A stretch of 63,110 nt of DNA, filler included, from Pelomyxa schiedti (Eukaryota; Protista; Evosea), in assembly GCA_020536535.1 (NCBI GenBank). It is 5 parts of 5 records of this genome, joined end to end, with 100 filler letters (N's around TTAATTAATTAA, not from the genome) between each part and the next. Parts side by side here need not be neighbours in the genome. Positions count along the whole stretch, not along the records: positions 23,188 to 39,656 come from JAHLWZ010000355.1; 4 more parts are not named here. One strand, 5' to 3'. Of this stretch, positions 23,443-37,381 are shown one piece after another; the stretch's first letter is position 1; each line of letters opens with the position of its first letter. The notes beneath the pieces were generated by a model. That model had not been told where the DNA came from. It searched no databases and worked only from the letters and a program-made list of their open reading frames with translations. Made by a program: the position numbers and the translations under genes.

Positions 23443-23680
23443 GTGGTTCCCCTTTATTAATTAATAAGACTTGGCGGAATGCCAAGCAAGAAATTTCCAC
23501 TTAAATGACCAGGGTCAAAGAAACAGACTCATACTCCAATGGTTATAGCGTGTGGTTCCCCTTTATTAATTGATGAGCTTGGTGGAATGCCAACAATTTC
23601 CTTAATTAATTAATAAGACTTGGCGGAATGCCAAGCAAGCAATTTCTTTAATTTAATCAATAAGACTTGGTGGAATGAAG
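23443..23680. repeat. Four degenerate tandem copies of an AT-rich unit with a hairpin (CTTGGC-GGAAT-GCCAAG)
   Basis: ttaat.aataagacttggcggaatgccaag at ~23457, 23567, 23606 and 23653. Confidence 0.7.
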
Positions 23681-24653
23681 CAACTACCCACTTAAAAATT
23701 ACCAGGAACTTCTGTAATTTCTTGAGGCTCTCTTCACTCTCCGCAAAAACCAACAGGTCAGTTTACTCAACAAATATTCACTGCTAAATCCTTTTCAGGT
23801 GTCTTGTGCTTCCCACACCTCACCCCACACCACAGCATAAGCACACCTGGCGTAATAAAAAAAAACCTTGGCGCTTTTTGAAGCGACTGCTCTTTTATTA
23901 TTTCTTTTTACCTGGCATAAGTTTCGACTTTGTGGTTTTCTGGTTCCAGACATTCGGGCTTCTCAGGGCGCAGATGACAACGTTGGTACCAAATTGGGCC
24001 CGGCAACCTGCAGCGGAGAAGAATGGTTCCCTTCAATTCCTAGCACCATTGGATCGATATGTGGAACAAGTGGAACACCCCACTGTTCGATTTGAGTTGT
24101 TTTGAGCCTCAGGGGATGCCTTTGAAATCAAAGCACTGTTTTTTCCGTGACTGGCTGGAATGCCGCGTAAGGCAGGCGAAAAAAGATCCGTGCTGGTTTC
24201 GCAAACTTCGCGTGACAGGCAGATTAAAATCCAGCAAGTTCAACGACGTTAAAACGCCACAATTGCCCGAAATGTCCCGGCCGCCTTGCATAAAAATGAA
24301 TTAATTTCGGCCTTCAACGGCCACGAACCTTTGTTGTCTGGGTTTTTTCGGAAAAGTTCATTAAAATTAAAATAATAAACATACAAGAAGTCACCTGTGT
24401 GCACAACACACGGCGTGAACCTAGGAAACCGCTCCACGCGAACGAGGTACGCATCGAGATCTGATCTTAACTGCATCTTGCTCATTTTCTTCTTCGCGAG
24501 ACTTTCCTTTCTACGCGGCTCTCACTGATTAACAGTCGTCACAATAGAAAACACTAATGCCTTTTTTCCCTTATTTCTTTGTTTTTTTTTTTTCTCACTG
24601 GACAGGGTCTTCCATTCTATTCCCTTCAAGGACCTTATAACAAGCCTTTTTCC

Positions 24654-27588
24654 ATGAACTTACTCAACACTCTTGGGGAGATGATTACCCCGCCGTCATC
24701 ACCACCATCCACATTGTCTCCGGGCTCTCCACCGAGCCCCAGCACACCACGCCCAAACGTCACCTCTCAGTCAATGTGGCCAACCAATTTTGTATTGTGG
24801 CCCAACTTCAGTGGGCATTCACACGGTAATGGCCTCCCCACATCACCTTCCTTGACTGCTTCACCAACTACAATATCATCGTCAACCCCTCCTCTTTTAA
24901 TGTTGCCCTTGAATGGTTTAAGTGGCAGCGGCGGCATTCATTCTCCTCGCACACCAGCGAGCTCTTCTCCTAGATCACCAAGAACAAACACACCACAGAA
25001 AGTCATACGACCTCCTCTCTCATCATCACCTTCGTCAGCATCAACTGTCGGCTTATACGGTGTCTACGATCTCCCGAGTAGGTGCACTGAAGCAAGCAAA
25101 ATTCCTTCTCCCGAAGAATACCAGCGGGTATTCTACACTACTGACGCAAATTCTGATCTGACACGTCCTCCTTCAGATTTACGCCGAGAGCATTCGGGAC
25201 CCTGATAGGTATTGGGCGGAGGTAATTTTGAAGAAATGTGGAGAATGGCCTGACTTTTTTTTTTAGCTTGGTTCTCAGTACTTGCATTGGTTTCTACCGT
25301 TCACTTCTGTCAGACAAGGGTATCTTGAATATTCTCAATTATGATTCGATATAATTTGCACAAGTGGGTTTTTTGATGAAGAAATTTCCTGGTTCCGTGG
25401 TGGAAAGCTCAATGCCTGTTATAACTGTTTAGATCGCTGGCTGCCAGAGAAAGGAAATCAGGTACCGTTGGAGATTTCTCATCATCTTCTAAACCCCTCT
25501 TGCAGCTTGCAGTTATTTGGGAAGGGGATCAACCCACTCAAGTCTGCCATATTACTTTCAAGCAACTGCACAAACAAGTCTGTGCAGTTGCAAATATCTT
25601 GAAAAGCGTGGGTGTTGTCAAAGGGGACATAGTGACAATTTTTATGACAAATTGTCCAGAATCTATCATTTCTATGCTTGCTTGTGCGAGAATTGGTGCA
25701 ATCCACAGGTAAACATCTTTTTATCCATTTCTATTAACTTTGGTAGTGTTGTATTTTTTGGCTTTGGGGCAGATGAACTTGTCTCCCGAGTCACGAATTG
25801 TTCCTCAAAGATTATAATGACAGTAGAAAGCACTACAAAAGCTGGTCGGGTGTTCCATTTAAAGAGAGTCGTGGATGAGGTAGCGCGGAGGTGCTCGTGT
25901 GTTTCTCGAGTGCTGATGTTTAAAAATGGTGAAACTTGCCCTTCAACCCCTCGTAGTGATGAAAGCACACCTGCTTCCAATGAAACTGATTTGTGTGCAT
26001 TTTTCCTTCAGTGATTGTCTTCGTAACGTTCCTCTAGTATCATTGATGAAGTGGTGATGAATGACCACCCATATTCACAACCATGTCCCTGTGAATGGAT
26101 GGATAGCAATGACAATCTATTTCTCTTGTATACATCCGGTTCCTCGGGTGTTCCAAAGGGCCTTGTGCATTCCACTGCGGGATACTTGCTGTATGCAACA
26201 GTAACAGCGGCTTTGGCTTTTGATCTGAGGCAAGGGGACCTTTTTGCTGCAGTAGTCGATGTTGGGTTGGCTTGTTTGAATTATCACTGTCAGTGTTCTA
26301 ACCTATCTTTTCAGATGGATTACTGGGCATACATATGTTGTATACGGCCCACTCTCATTGGGTTGTACCACGTTCCTGTTTCAAGGAACCCCGATGTACC
26401 CCACCCCATCCAGATATTGGGAAATGTGCCAAAGGCACAGGTTCACACATTTTTACACTTCTCCAGTTGGTAACCCTCCGCAAATCCCTCATTTGGTTCA
26501 AACAAATTTACTTAGCCATTCGTTCGCTGATGAGATATGGAAACGAGCCTCTGAAGTTACATGATCGATCATCCCTGCGGCTCATGTTTTCCGCTGGGGA
26601 ATGCTTGACTCCTGACGTTTGGAAATGGTTCTTTGAGGAAGTTGGTGACACTAGATGTATTTTGGCAGATACATACTGGCAAACGGAATCTGGAGGTAAA
26701 TTTCAAGGTAAAGAATGAATTCCAACCGTTTTCTCAGGTGTCCTTCTGTCACCAATCCCTGGGTGCTCCGTTTTGAAAGTAGGCTCCTGTGGTATGCCGT
26801 TCTTTGGTGTAATGCCCGTCATTTTGGATCCTGTTACCGGCGTTGAATATCACCGGAATGACGTACAAGGCCTCCTAGCTATTAAGAACCCCTGGCCAGG
26901 TCTTGCAAAGACTATCTGGGGAAGACATCCTGAATTCACTGAGAAATATTTCTCTAAATACCCTGGTACGCAATTTTCTCATCCAGTCTGTGTTTAACAG
27001 TACAAAGGGTACTACCTCACTGGAGACTGGGTGACTCGAGATAAGGACGGCTACTACTTCGTTATGGGCAGAGTTGATGACCTATTGAATGTTTCTGGGA
27101 GAAGAGTTGGCTCCACTGACGTGGAGAATGCCATATTATCCAATTCCTCCGTTCTGGAAGTGGCAGCCGTGGGCATTCCGAATCCACACAAAGGGTATAC
27201 TTCCACCCTTTCTCCTTTTTCTGCACCTAAGCACCACTCTAGAGAAAGTATCGTGGCCTTCTGTACCTTGCAGATGGGAGAGATCTCATCAGCAGAACTG
27301 GTTCAAGCACTTAAAACGGAAGTAAGGCTGAAAGTGGGTGCCCTTGCTTCGCCGGACATAGTGGTGATTACAAGCCGGCTTCCAAAGACAAGGTCTGGCA
27401 AAACAATGAGAAGGCTACTCCGCAACATAGCAATCCACAGCAAGCTTGTTTCCTGTGGTGAAGCTGCAACAGAGAGCCTGTCTATGGACAAGTTAGGGGA
27501 CTTGTCTACACTCACGGATGTCAATGTTGTTCCTGAGCTTGTGGAGGCTTTGAGAAAAGCAGTTGCTGAGAAAAACAAGAAATTGTAG
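24654..27588 (+). CDS. acs: Acetyl-CoA synthetase (AMP-forming) with Ser/Pro-rich N-terminal extension
   Basis: [68 protein letters not shown]. Confidence 0.92.
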
Positions 27589-27625
27589 AAAAAACCCAAA
27601 AAAAAACTGTTTGTTGTTTCGTTAC

Positions 27626-30367
27626 TTAGCTGTGCAACAACATACTTTGTCCCTTTATCCCAAAGCAAACCGGTGTTTGAACAGTTAGTGGTGTGTTGTC
27701 CACAAACAGCTGGCTGGCCTGTTCCAGGACTGTGTAGCAAATTTGATCAGAGTCGAAACTATTTAACAAGGTAAGAGACAAATAAGTACAAGTAGCTTAC
27801 CTAATATCTACAGTACTTCCCAGATACCGCATCCCCCGGTACTTGATAGAGGTCAATGTAGGTGGAAGGACTGGCTTGAAAGTCACCCCCGAGTCACCCA
27901 GCCGCACACCTGAAGGAGACTAAGTGATAGACATACTGAAAAATGGATACCTCCCCATCCGGCCCATAAGCCCTGCAGGAACCCACCGGCTCCTGTTATG
28001 AAGTTCGATGTTCCTCCTGTAGGGGTCTCGCTCCACACGTTAAAGGGTGGTTGAATGTTTGCATAACTTTGTTTAAAGGGTTGAGTCGCATTCGCTATGT
28101 CGCCGAGCTCAATCCAGGCAATAGCATGCATGGAGTAAGTCATTGCCGGACCTTGGGAGTCTGTCCGCTCGCTATAGTACAGAAGATCGTTCATTCTTGC
28201 TTTCATTTAGCGTAACTATTGGAATTGGCGCCAGTCAAACCTGACTGTAGTATCCATGTCCATCATTAAAGGATACCCCAGGAGAACAATGTCCGCTTGC
28301 TTGATTGTTTGACCTGCATATCCGTCATACTCGGGGTGCAACTGTGCTGTGTTGTCAAACAGAATGCGCAGTGATTCAGCGACAGATGTGTAATATGGAT
28401 TAGGGGTGTATCCCAAAATTTTTGCCGTATCAGTTGCAAATTTGAGGGCCGCACTAGCCATATAGTTGGTGTAAACGCTGTCAGCCACATGGTCAGCATA
28501 TTCATCGGGAGGAATTATGTCACTAATGGAATATTCACTGCCATTTGGCTCTACTCTGCTTACCCAGAAATCTGGAGATGTGAGAATTGAAAATGAGGCA
28601 TACGCATTGGAAACCAGCGATTTCTTCAATCATCGTCCAAGCACTTTCAAGCCAAGAAAGATCCTTTGTCATCCACCAATACCTAGGAGGAACTTCTGAT
28701 TCACAGTTTGTCTTTCTTAGACATACTGCTTGGCTGCAAATGCGATGTCGCCAGTAATGTGCTGTTCACGAAGACCGGTGCCAGCTGAGGTTGGGCAAGT
28801 CTCTATTACACGTTAGCGAAAAGAATCCGCTAGATGAATGAACCTTGGCCAGTAAATGCACTCTCCCATGGATACATAGCACCAACATACCTTGTGGAAG
28901 TGAGTCGTTACTTAACTCTATTGAAACAACTAACCCACTATCATAGCTCTTGGCTTTTATTTCTGCGCCACTAACGCGATCAAGCCGGTACTGCAGCAAA
29001 GATTTGGCAATATTGGGATACATCACACACATGGTGGGGAACATCCAAGTCTCACAATCCCAAAACACGTGTCCATTGTATCCTACGCAGGTAAGTAAGA
29101 TCAGAAGGGAATTTTTCTCCTCTACCATTACTGGCCAGAGATCCTGGTGACAGGCTATAGGTTTGGGGAGTGAAGGCAAACACATAGGAACAGATGGGGT
29201 TAATGGAACAGGATATTGCCAATCTTCACGGACACTACTGAGAATGTAATAGAGAGAGCTGTTTACTGCTTGAGCAAGCTCTAAATCTCCTGATACTTCA
29301 ATACCAGATTCCCAGACTTTACTCCAAGCCTTTTTATCTACAGGATTTAGTCATAAGATTTTTGTCAAAGGAGGATACGATCGTTCAACAGGGAGTCCCT
29401 GTTTGTAACAGCAGCATTGTAAATTTGGAAGGTGGTGTCAAGTAAGATACTAGCATTCGTGTCAAGAGTAGTTCTAATGGCAGTAATGAAGTAAAATGTT
29501 GTCGAAGTATTCGCCTCAACATCTAAAGTGCTGGGTACATCTGTGTACAGAATAGAGACACCTGTAGTTTCACTATCTGTTTCCTCAGCAACTCGTGTGT
29601 AACCTGTTGCACACTTAGTAGCAAGGTCAAACAAAGAAAAGGACCTTCTCGGAAAACTGTTCCCGTTGGAGGATTATCTACATCTTTGAATGCTATATCG
29701 GTGGAACCAATGCCAGAGTTCAGCCAGAGGGTGAGTGTCGCACCTGATGAAGAGGCATTGACCTCGATTTCGTGAACCATGAGCGCAGGTGTGTTATATG
29801 GAGCATACCACCGCTGCTCAACAGAAGCTCCTTGAACCTGGATTTCGAACTTGGTCAGAAGGCACAACAAATGGAGTGGTCAGATCTAAAGGACACTTAC
29901 TGTTGAACGCTTCAAGAAAACGGCACATTCTAAGTCCAAGGCATATATTGGGGAGTCAGCATTGGTGATGTGAATCGAAGAACTCGCGGGGATCCTGCGG
30001 AAGTTTGATTTGCTTCATCAAATACCAGTGCGAAGTACGGACCTAGCTCTGTGTGAAGGAGCAGTGGTAGCCTTCCCGTTGTAAACACCAGACACATAAG
30101 TTGTTTCAGAATGCACAAAAGTGGCCAGATAGCCTAGCATGGGGGAAAAAAGGGGAGTAAGCTCAGCTCTAGAGGCCTTGTAACGTAAGATGCCAATCAC
30201 ATGCCATTTCCAATTGTTGCCATGTAGTCGGTCTTTGGCAGCCGGTCGCTCACCAACATGTTCCCGGCACTCACTTTCGCAGCCCAGTCATCAGGTATAT
30301 CTACAGCGCCCGAAACACCGACCAACAACACAACCGACAAAAGCGACAACCACACCCCTCCACGCAT
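27626..30367 (-). CDS. Glycoside hydrolase family 65, PGGHG/ATHL1-like, with signal peptide
   Basis: MRGGVWLSLLSVVLLVGVSG signal peptide, ATIGNG, YNGHVFWDCETWMFP, IIPPDEYA, IKQADIVLLGYP, NFITGAGGFLQ. Confidence 0.9.
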
Positions 30368-30551
30368 GTGTCAAGTTGTGATTTTTAACGAAAAAATGAC
30401 AAATGATCGATCTTACGAAAAAACACACCCCCAACACGCCACTTTTGCCGAAACGGGAGAGAATTTGTACGATGCCGGGCAAAAAGCCGTTGTGTATTTT
30501 ATCTCTTGTCATGAATACCAGAAAGGGTGTGACTGGTGAAAGGACAATCAG

Positions 30552-33157
30552 TTAAAAAACGGCTGAGGAGTTGCGTTTGAATGATGGTTTCTTGGTCATC
30601 CTTATCGGCCTGGGGGAAGCTTCGTTGGCCATGTCAATGTGGAGTACTTTTTTAAATTGGGACATCTTTTCTATTAGAGTTATTAGTGGAAAGTGAATAC
30701 AATTTTGGTTTGGGGTGAAAAAATATAATAAATATAAGGGGTTGGAAAAGTACGGGTATAACTATCCACAGCACGCCGGACAATGTCTGCCTTGGCCCTT
30801 GTGTGAATGTGAGGTGCATGGAATATATTTAAGAAAAAGTTTTTCTACCTTTGTCTTTGTGATGCAGCGTACAGCTTTTGGCATTTCCGTTTGAGTTCAT
30901 CATCCAGAGCTTGCTCCGTTGGGCTTAAATCCGGCCCCATGTCACGCATCTGAATAACTAGCTTCTGCAATATCATGACAACTGATTTGAGTAAGCAAAC
31001 TAGCAATGTTCTTAGTACAGGTGGGATGGTACGCAACTCTGCTCTAACATAAATGGTAGAGAATATGTGAAGCCGTCAATGAAGTCAGGAAGGTTGTAGG
31101 GATGTGGAACGCTTTGGAATTGCTCGAGACCAATACTGGTAGATGTATATCTCATTAGACCTCCCTGTGTGGAGCTTCGTTAGAATTAACAACCTTCTTC
31201 AGGACATACCATGTTTCCATATTGATCACAGTAGTTCGGCGCACTAAATATTGTATAAACCATTGGAATATTTCTGTCAGTAGTGCCAAAGTAGTGCTCC
31301 TAAATACCAAGTCAGGAGGATATGAGAAAGATGTAAAATACCATGTACCCAAGATCTTGCACTTGGTGACCTCGGATGATACATGCTATGTTATTCCTTA
31401 CCAAAAATGGCTCGATAGCCGCCCTTCCAAAGAAATACGAAGTGTGCCGAGGAACATTCTCATAGAATGTGATGTTATTCCAGTCCTAAATTCATTAACA
31501 TTTACAAGGCGGCGAACCAACAACATCAAGTGTAATATCTTCGAAGTCGGGATCTGCAGGGTCCCACTCATTCACTGGATCAGACCAAATAATGTCACTA
31601 GAATTTTAAACTGTTAGGTGTGGAACGTGAGGGGGAAGGATGAAATGTTGTGGAGGAACAGAAAGCAAACTTACCAAAGTGGACCTTCTTGGGGAGGTTC
31701 CGAAAATCTCGGTATCCTTCGAATATCATCCAGCTTTTGCCGAGTCAATTTATCGAAGCTGGGAGGGAATGTACTGAATTGATCTTAGGTCCCAATCCAC
31801 CGTGCATGCAGAGACTCTGTCCGTGGGCGTTCCCTGTCAAAAGTGCGGCAAGAGGAAGGGTGTCAAATAGTTTACAGAATGCCCCATACACTTCAGGATC
31901 GTATTTGTGTTCACCTAAAAGTGTTGGTAATTGGAAAAGAAGCAGACAGAAGGCAAACATTCTACACAAAACGTCATGTATTCACACATGAGGCGTGACT
32001 CATGATTGCCACGTAACAAAAATACGGAATCGGGGTAATTTATTTTCAGAGCAATTAGGTAGAAGACAACTTCCGTTGAAAAGTCACCTTAAAGGCAAAT
32101 TGGCTAAAAAAATGTGGTACGATGGTATTATTACCTCTGTCAACATAGTCACCAAGAAAAAGGAATTTATTGGTTGCAGGAGAACCAGCCATCTCCATAA
32201 AGGTCATCAAATCATAGAATTGTCCGTGAATATCACCACATACTTTTTTTGGTTAATCAAGGGAAAAAATTGATTGCCACATACTCACAACAGGTGCCTC
32301 AATATTGAGTACATTTGGTTCCGTAACAAGTAATTCCGTTCCCATTGTTAGTAGCTTTAGAGCTGCAGATTTTTCAAGTCTTCCTGAAAAAAGGGTTATT
32401 AGTGGGTGTGAAGAAACTGTGTAAGTTACCCTCTTTAGCAAGGTGGTTCCGCAGAAGACCTAAGGCTGGCTTCTCGCCTTCACCACAAAACAAAAGGCTT
32501 GATTCTAGAGTTCTGGTCTCTGGAATATCCACGCTCTAATGTATTGGTAACCTAAAGCATAAACAATTCATGTGAACAACCTTCATAATGCGGTCATCAC
32601 CCACAGGCCTAGGCATGACCGCCACTCTCCCACGTTTCTCCATATCCCGTCTAGGGAAAGAATTACCATAGTTAGCAAACTATAACATGAAGGACAAAAT
32701 CCAACACACCAACAACAGTAAAATAAAAACAAATAAAGTAATAACAAAAAGAAAAAAAAAAAATACCTCATGGTATTCTCAGCAGCACCAGCACCAAGAC
32801 TAGCAACTGTAACACTTTTGAAAATCGATTTCTGGGAGAAAATGGTAAATGGTTGATAGGAGTTTAACGGTATTGGATTATGTATGTCCCATAAGTGTGG
32901 TGCGGAGACCGGCGTATAGTAAGTACCGGTACTAATGGATTGGGGTCAGATGATGTGAGGCCATCGCCGCGCCGTGATGCAGTTGCATTTTCACCACGTG
33001 GGGACGTCACCGGCGAAGTTGTGGGCGACGCTGTGGGCGACGTCGACGACGTCGTCGTCGTTGAACAGGTAGTAGTCGCTGCGGCCGTGCTTCTTGGCGA
33101 AGAGACGCGCGTCTCCTCGGCAATAACCGTTGGTTGTTCCGACGATAACCGACTCAT
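30552..33157 (-). CDS. Calcineurin A-like (PP2B) Ser/Thr phosphatase catalytic subunit
   Basis: [35 protein letters not shown] and [24 protein letters not shown] (CnB-binding region), plus a C-terminal ANEASP autoinhibitory-like segment. Confidence 0.88.
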
Positions 33158-33330
33158 GGGTCTGACCCCTCAAGAAAAGGAAAGAGAATCAACCAACACC
33201 AAACGACTCTGATCGATCCGCGAATGGTCGGAGAAAAAACTGCGTGCGAGATAGGAGATCTTCTGATGTTCCGAAAAACCCCTGATGTCTCGGTCTGTTA
33301 TTGTAACCAAACACTGAGGACCGCTAAAGA

Positions 33331-33470
33331 ATTATTGGGGCTCAAACTAACTCCACCCAAAAAACACACGAAAATTCGAAATCTCCTCACCAGGGTCTCA
33401 GAATCAGGGCAAACCAGGTGGAGATGGTAGTACTCAGTTGGGGGCTGTGTTTCCCTCTGTTCCCAGTGCT
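33331..33470 (+). repeat. Putative transposon terminal repeat (left end); an inverted copy lies at 50353-50526
   Basis: attattggggctcaaactaactccacccaaaaaacacacgaaaattcgaaatctcctcaccagggtctcagaatcag...gtgtttccctctgttcccagtg matches the reverse complement of 50353-50526. Confidence 0.75.
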
Positions 33471-33761
33471 AGTTGTAGGCTGTGGTGTTGCGGAAAGCAA
33501 AAAACTGGTGTCCGGACAGATTTGATTTCGCAGAATGGTACAATCTGTTGAAAAAACGGAAATTGGATTTATTTGAGCCCCACAACCCGCCTCCACACCA
33601 GTGACCGTATTCAGAAATCCTTTAAATGAGTTTTTAATTGTTTTTTGTCGCAGATTCGAAAGGAATTGGGGCCCAGGAGCGGGCAATTTTTGGTGAATGC
33701 GTGCATTTAAGCCACAATTTTTTTCAACGTGTTAGGAAAAAAAAAAAACTCGGGGGAGACT

Positions 33762-35219
33762 ATGCCGGCAACAGCAGTAGAGTGTGGAAGGTATCGCGGC
33801 GACTAGAAAACTATGGTATCTCTGTGTTCCAGGCATTTTCATTTACTTTACAAAGAGAAAAACGCCGACGTGTGGAGCGTGTTTTTCAGAGGAACCCTTT
33901 GGAGTTGTTGGACGATGGTGCTGATGTAAACACAATTGTGAGGCTGTGTGAATTGTCACATGGTTATGCGTGGTCTCTGTGGAAAGCATACCATACTGAA
34001 GGCAGAGATGCTGCTGCAGAGAAGCTTCACAAATCTTTCTCTCACAGCTTTAAACCCAAGTATGTAATCCAGGGGTGAAGGGTAGTAGCTATTGAAACTG
34101 TTTCCTTATTCTGCTCAGCTCCAAGAACTCGAAAGTGTGTCAGTTTTTACAGGAGAACTGTTGTGGGAAACTCCTGGGAGGTCCTAAATCACTCTCCTAT
34201 GTTGCTACCGCTTGTCTTCACCAACCAATAACTTCTAAAGATATCTCAAAAGTAATCCTCACACAACCAACACCAACAATACTAAGTACCAAGAAATAGG
34301 GGATTTCAGTACTCCACCTGTCTTCAAAGGTGAAAAGCCCAACTCCTGGATTTTCTGTGGCTGAAGAACGCCATCGATTCCATGTACAGCTGCAGTATCT
34401 TGTATGGGATGCAGCACAGATTGTTTTCACTGATGAGAAGGCATTTAAGCCACGTGAGATCACAAAGAGGTTTTTCTAAACAAATAACAACCTACCTACA
34501 CTACCCACAGCATTACACAGAATTGGGGAGCGTGGCTATGCACCTGTGGGTGTGAGGTTACCAACCACGGCCAGAATGATCAGCTTCCCTGCTCCCATGT
34601 TTGGTGAAGTATGTAGTACAAGCTGAGACTTGTGAACTGATAATTCTACTTAGGTTGAGGTAATTGCAGCAATTGGAGTAGTGGCTCCGGACTTGATGGG
34701 AAATGGAAGCTTGGGGGATATTGGAACTATTTCGTTTTCTCTGAGGGAAGGAAGGTTAGAAAAAGAAGAGAAAATTGCATTTTATACTAAAGCACTGCCG
34801 CCTTGTCTTTCTACCCACCCGGGTATGCCACAACTCTTTTTTTAAATGCGCTAATAATTATTATTCCAAAAGGACCTCATAGCGTTGTTGTACTTGACAA
34901 TATGCCACAACACAGGCAGCAGGAGGTTGAAATTACCTCAGCAATAAATGCGGCTGGTGCATTTATTGCTTGGAATCCACCACAGTCACCAGACCTAAAT
35001 CTAATTGAGAAGTTCTGGGATGTGGTTTTGCACCAGGTGACTCAGCACCATTTAGAGCTTGTTTCAGGTATTCCCTTTGTCTTAATGTTGCCAGTAATAG
35101 TCTGTCCAGGAATGCATGGCACACCATGGAGTGCCATGCTTGAAGACCTTGTATACTGCCTGCAAAAGACTAGATTATCCCGCCACTCTTTACAGGGTGT
35201 TGGACTAACCTGGTTGTGA
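33762..35219 (+). mobile_element. IS630/Tc1-mariner superfamily DDE transposase (intron-containing, DD36E)
   Basis: QIVFTDEK, RGYAPVG, VIAAIG, VVVLDNMPQH...WNPPQSPDLNLIEKFW, with 36 residues between the second D and the E. It lies just inside the terminal repeat. Confidence 0.85.
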
Positions 35220-35278
35220 CTTGGCTTCCTTGTTACCCCTGTAGAACAAACTCACTTGACAAAAAAAAAAGTTCTTTT

Positions 35279-36061
35279 TTAGTATCGCATTTGGCCAGTT
35301 TGTGTCACAGTACTAGAGGCAAGATTGATGTTAGTTGGGGAGGTAACTGAAGCATTTTCACAATAGTCCAGCAAAATCAAATGCTGATTTGGTGGACCGA
35401 CGGAGTAGAGATTCAGGTTCAGAGGGGTTGGGTCTGACAGAAGTTGAGAAAATGGAAGAGGGGAAGTAAGCAAACCTGGAACTGATTGCCTGTCTTGGAG
35501 TAGATTAGGTAGGCTCTTCCCCTGCTGCTGGGAAAAAGGAATAAGAGTGGGTGAAAGCGATTGATCAGATAGGCTGTTTCCCAAAGTCCCGTTTTTGGGA
35601 AGAGCCAGCAGCTGCCAGGAAAACGGAATCAGAGCGGGTGAAAGCGGCATGTTGTCAGAGGGAGCCGGTGTAGCTTGGGAAAGATCAGGTGGAAGAGGAG
35701 GCAAAAGTGTAATTTGTTGATTCTTTGGGGAAAGGGGAGGAGGAATTCCCTGGAAATAAGGTGCTGTGACACTGTCTTGGGAATGGGAAGGGGAAGGGGA
35801 CATGGCCTGGGAATCGGAACAAGGAAGAGGTATGGTTAAAAGGGATGAAGCAGTATCACTTGGTGTTGATACATTGAAGCTGGGGTGCAGAGGACTGCCA
35901 GATGGTGTGGAAGGAGACAAAGGATATATATTGGGTGTTGGGGGAACTGAGTTTATTGTTAGAGAGGTTGAGGGACTTGGAGTATTTCCAGGTGCTTGGA
36001 TCATAAAGACGGGGGCCGGTGGCGGAAAGCATACATATAAAGACGCACAGAGCAAACTCAC
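35279..36061 (-). CDS. Pro/Ser-rich ORF of unknown function next to the transposase
   Basis: 260-codon ORF with internal repeats LSPALIPFS / LSPTLIPFS / LTSPLPFS; no recognisable domain. Confidence 0.35.
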   Translation of the reverse strand: MSLLCASLYVCFPPPAPVFMIQAPGNTPSPSTSLTINSVPPTPNIYPLSPSTPSGSPLHPSFNVSTPSDTASSLLTIPLPCSDSQAMSPSPSHSQDSVTAPYFQGIPPPLSPKNQQITLLPPLPPDLSQATPAPSDNMPLSPALIPFSWQLLALPKNGTLGNSLSDQSLSPTLIPFSQQQGKSLPNLLQDRQSVPGLLTSPLPFSQLLSDPTPLNLNLYSVGPPNQHLILLDYCENASVTSPTNINLASSTVTQTGQMRY

Positions 36062-36111
36062 ATATACAGCAGGTTGTGGTCTGCTTTTTATAAAAAAACT
36101 CTATATTATTC

Positions 36112-36165
36112 GCGTTTCGTTTCGTTTCGTTTCGTTTCGCTCCGTTTCGTGTTGTTTCGTTTTGT
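36112..36165. repeat. (TTTCG)n microsatellite
   Basis: gtttcgtttcgtttcgtttcgtttcg run with a degenerate tail. Confidence 0.85.
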
Positions 36166-37381
36166 TTGCCTTGTCTCGTTCTTCCTTAGTCTTGTGTTAA
36201 ACTTACTGTTGTGTTCCATTTCCTCACAGCAACATAGGGCTGATTCCCTGCGGCACTCAGTCAGTCTTCCGAACCAAGCCAGAGCTGCAGGTATCTTCTC
36301 TGTTTTTCTTTTTCGAGTTCTCACACTTTATAACCAGGTCGAGTTGCAACTTGTCATCGCCACGGTAAATCCACCTCCCCCCCTCCCTTTGTATTATCCC
36401 GACACATTGAACAGTGATGCTGGTAGGTGGCTTCTTTTTTTTCTTTCCCAGGCAGCCCACATATTATTCAGGTGGCGGACCTGCCAACAATCTATCACCA
36501 AGGTGCATTCCCTCTCCCTTATCTTATCACCACTCAACAACAACAGGACAATGGACGCCACTGACAAACATAGTGCATGCCAGGCTGTACCCGCCTTTAC
36601 CTGTTGCACCTCGGCACTAACACCCCTTGCTCTTGCACACCAACACTCCCGCTCACTGGGCTCCTACACTCCACTCTGCCGTGTTCCCAACTTACACTCA
36701 CTCCACCCAGCTGGTGCCTGGGAAGTTGGGTAGGTACCCTTGTCTTTCCTCTTTCTCCCTCTCACGTTTTCCACAGACTAAAGCGGACACCTTTGGAAAC
36801 TGTTCCTCACTGACTTGGAATTCAGTTTGTACCCACCGTAGCCTTCCCTGGTCCCACTAACATGCTGGCAGGCACCTGGAATGACCAAGCTTGGAACAGC
36901 GATGAAGCCAATAGATGTTACCCATTGTAGTCGGCTGTTGCCCACTCTGATATAGGCAAGTTGTCCTTTAACCCACGGTTCTCCTTTCATCTCATCTACC
37001 ATTAGATCACCTCCAGTGGATGAGGTGGCAAGTATGGAGAGCCTGCCACTGATGAGATGACAGCCGGTCACCAAGGTAAATCCCCCTTCCTTTGTATCAT
37101 AACCCCACTCAACCATGATAGGTTGCGTTGGTACCCAAGGCTCCCAGCATTGCACACCACCGCGCATTTCTGTATTTCTGGCACCTTGTGATACTGGTAG
37201 GATGGCCTCTTTTCTCTTTTTCCATACAATACAAGAAAACCTTCAGAATTGTGGGATCACTGAGGAGGCAAAATGTGGTGGAAAAAAAAGGCAGAAAGCA
37301 TGGGAATTTCAGATTATTCATTTAACCAAGGAACTTAGATTTGCACGAATAGAGGGTGGCTTGGCCAGATTATGGGTGGGT

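Noticed and set aside
23443-23680. CRISPR-like repeat array
   Set aside because: Repeats are degenerate with irregular spacing, there are no cas genes, and the context is eukaryotic.
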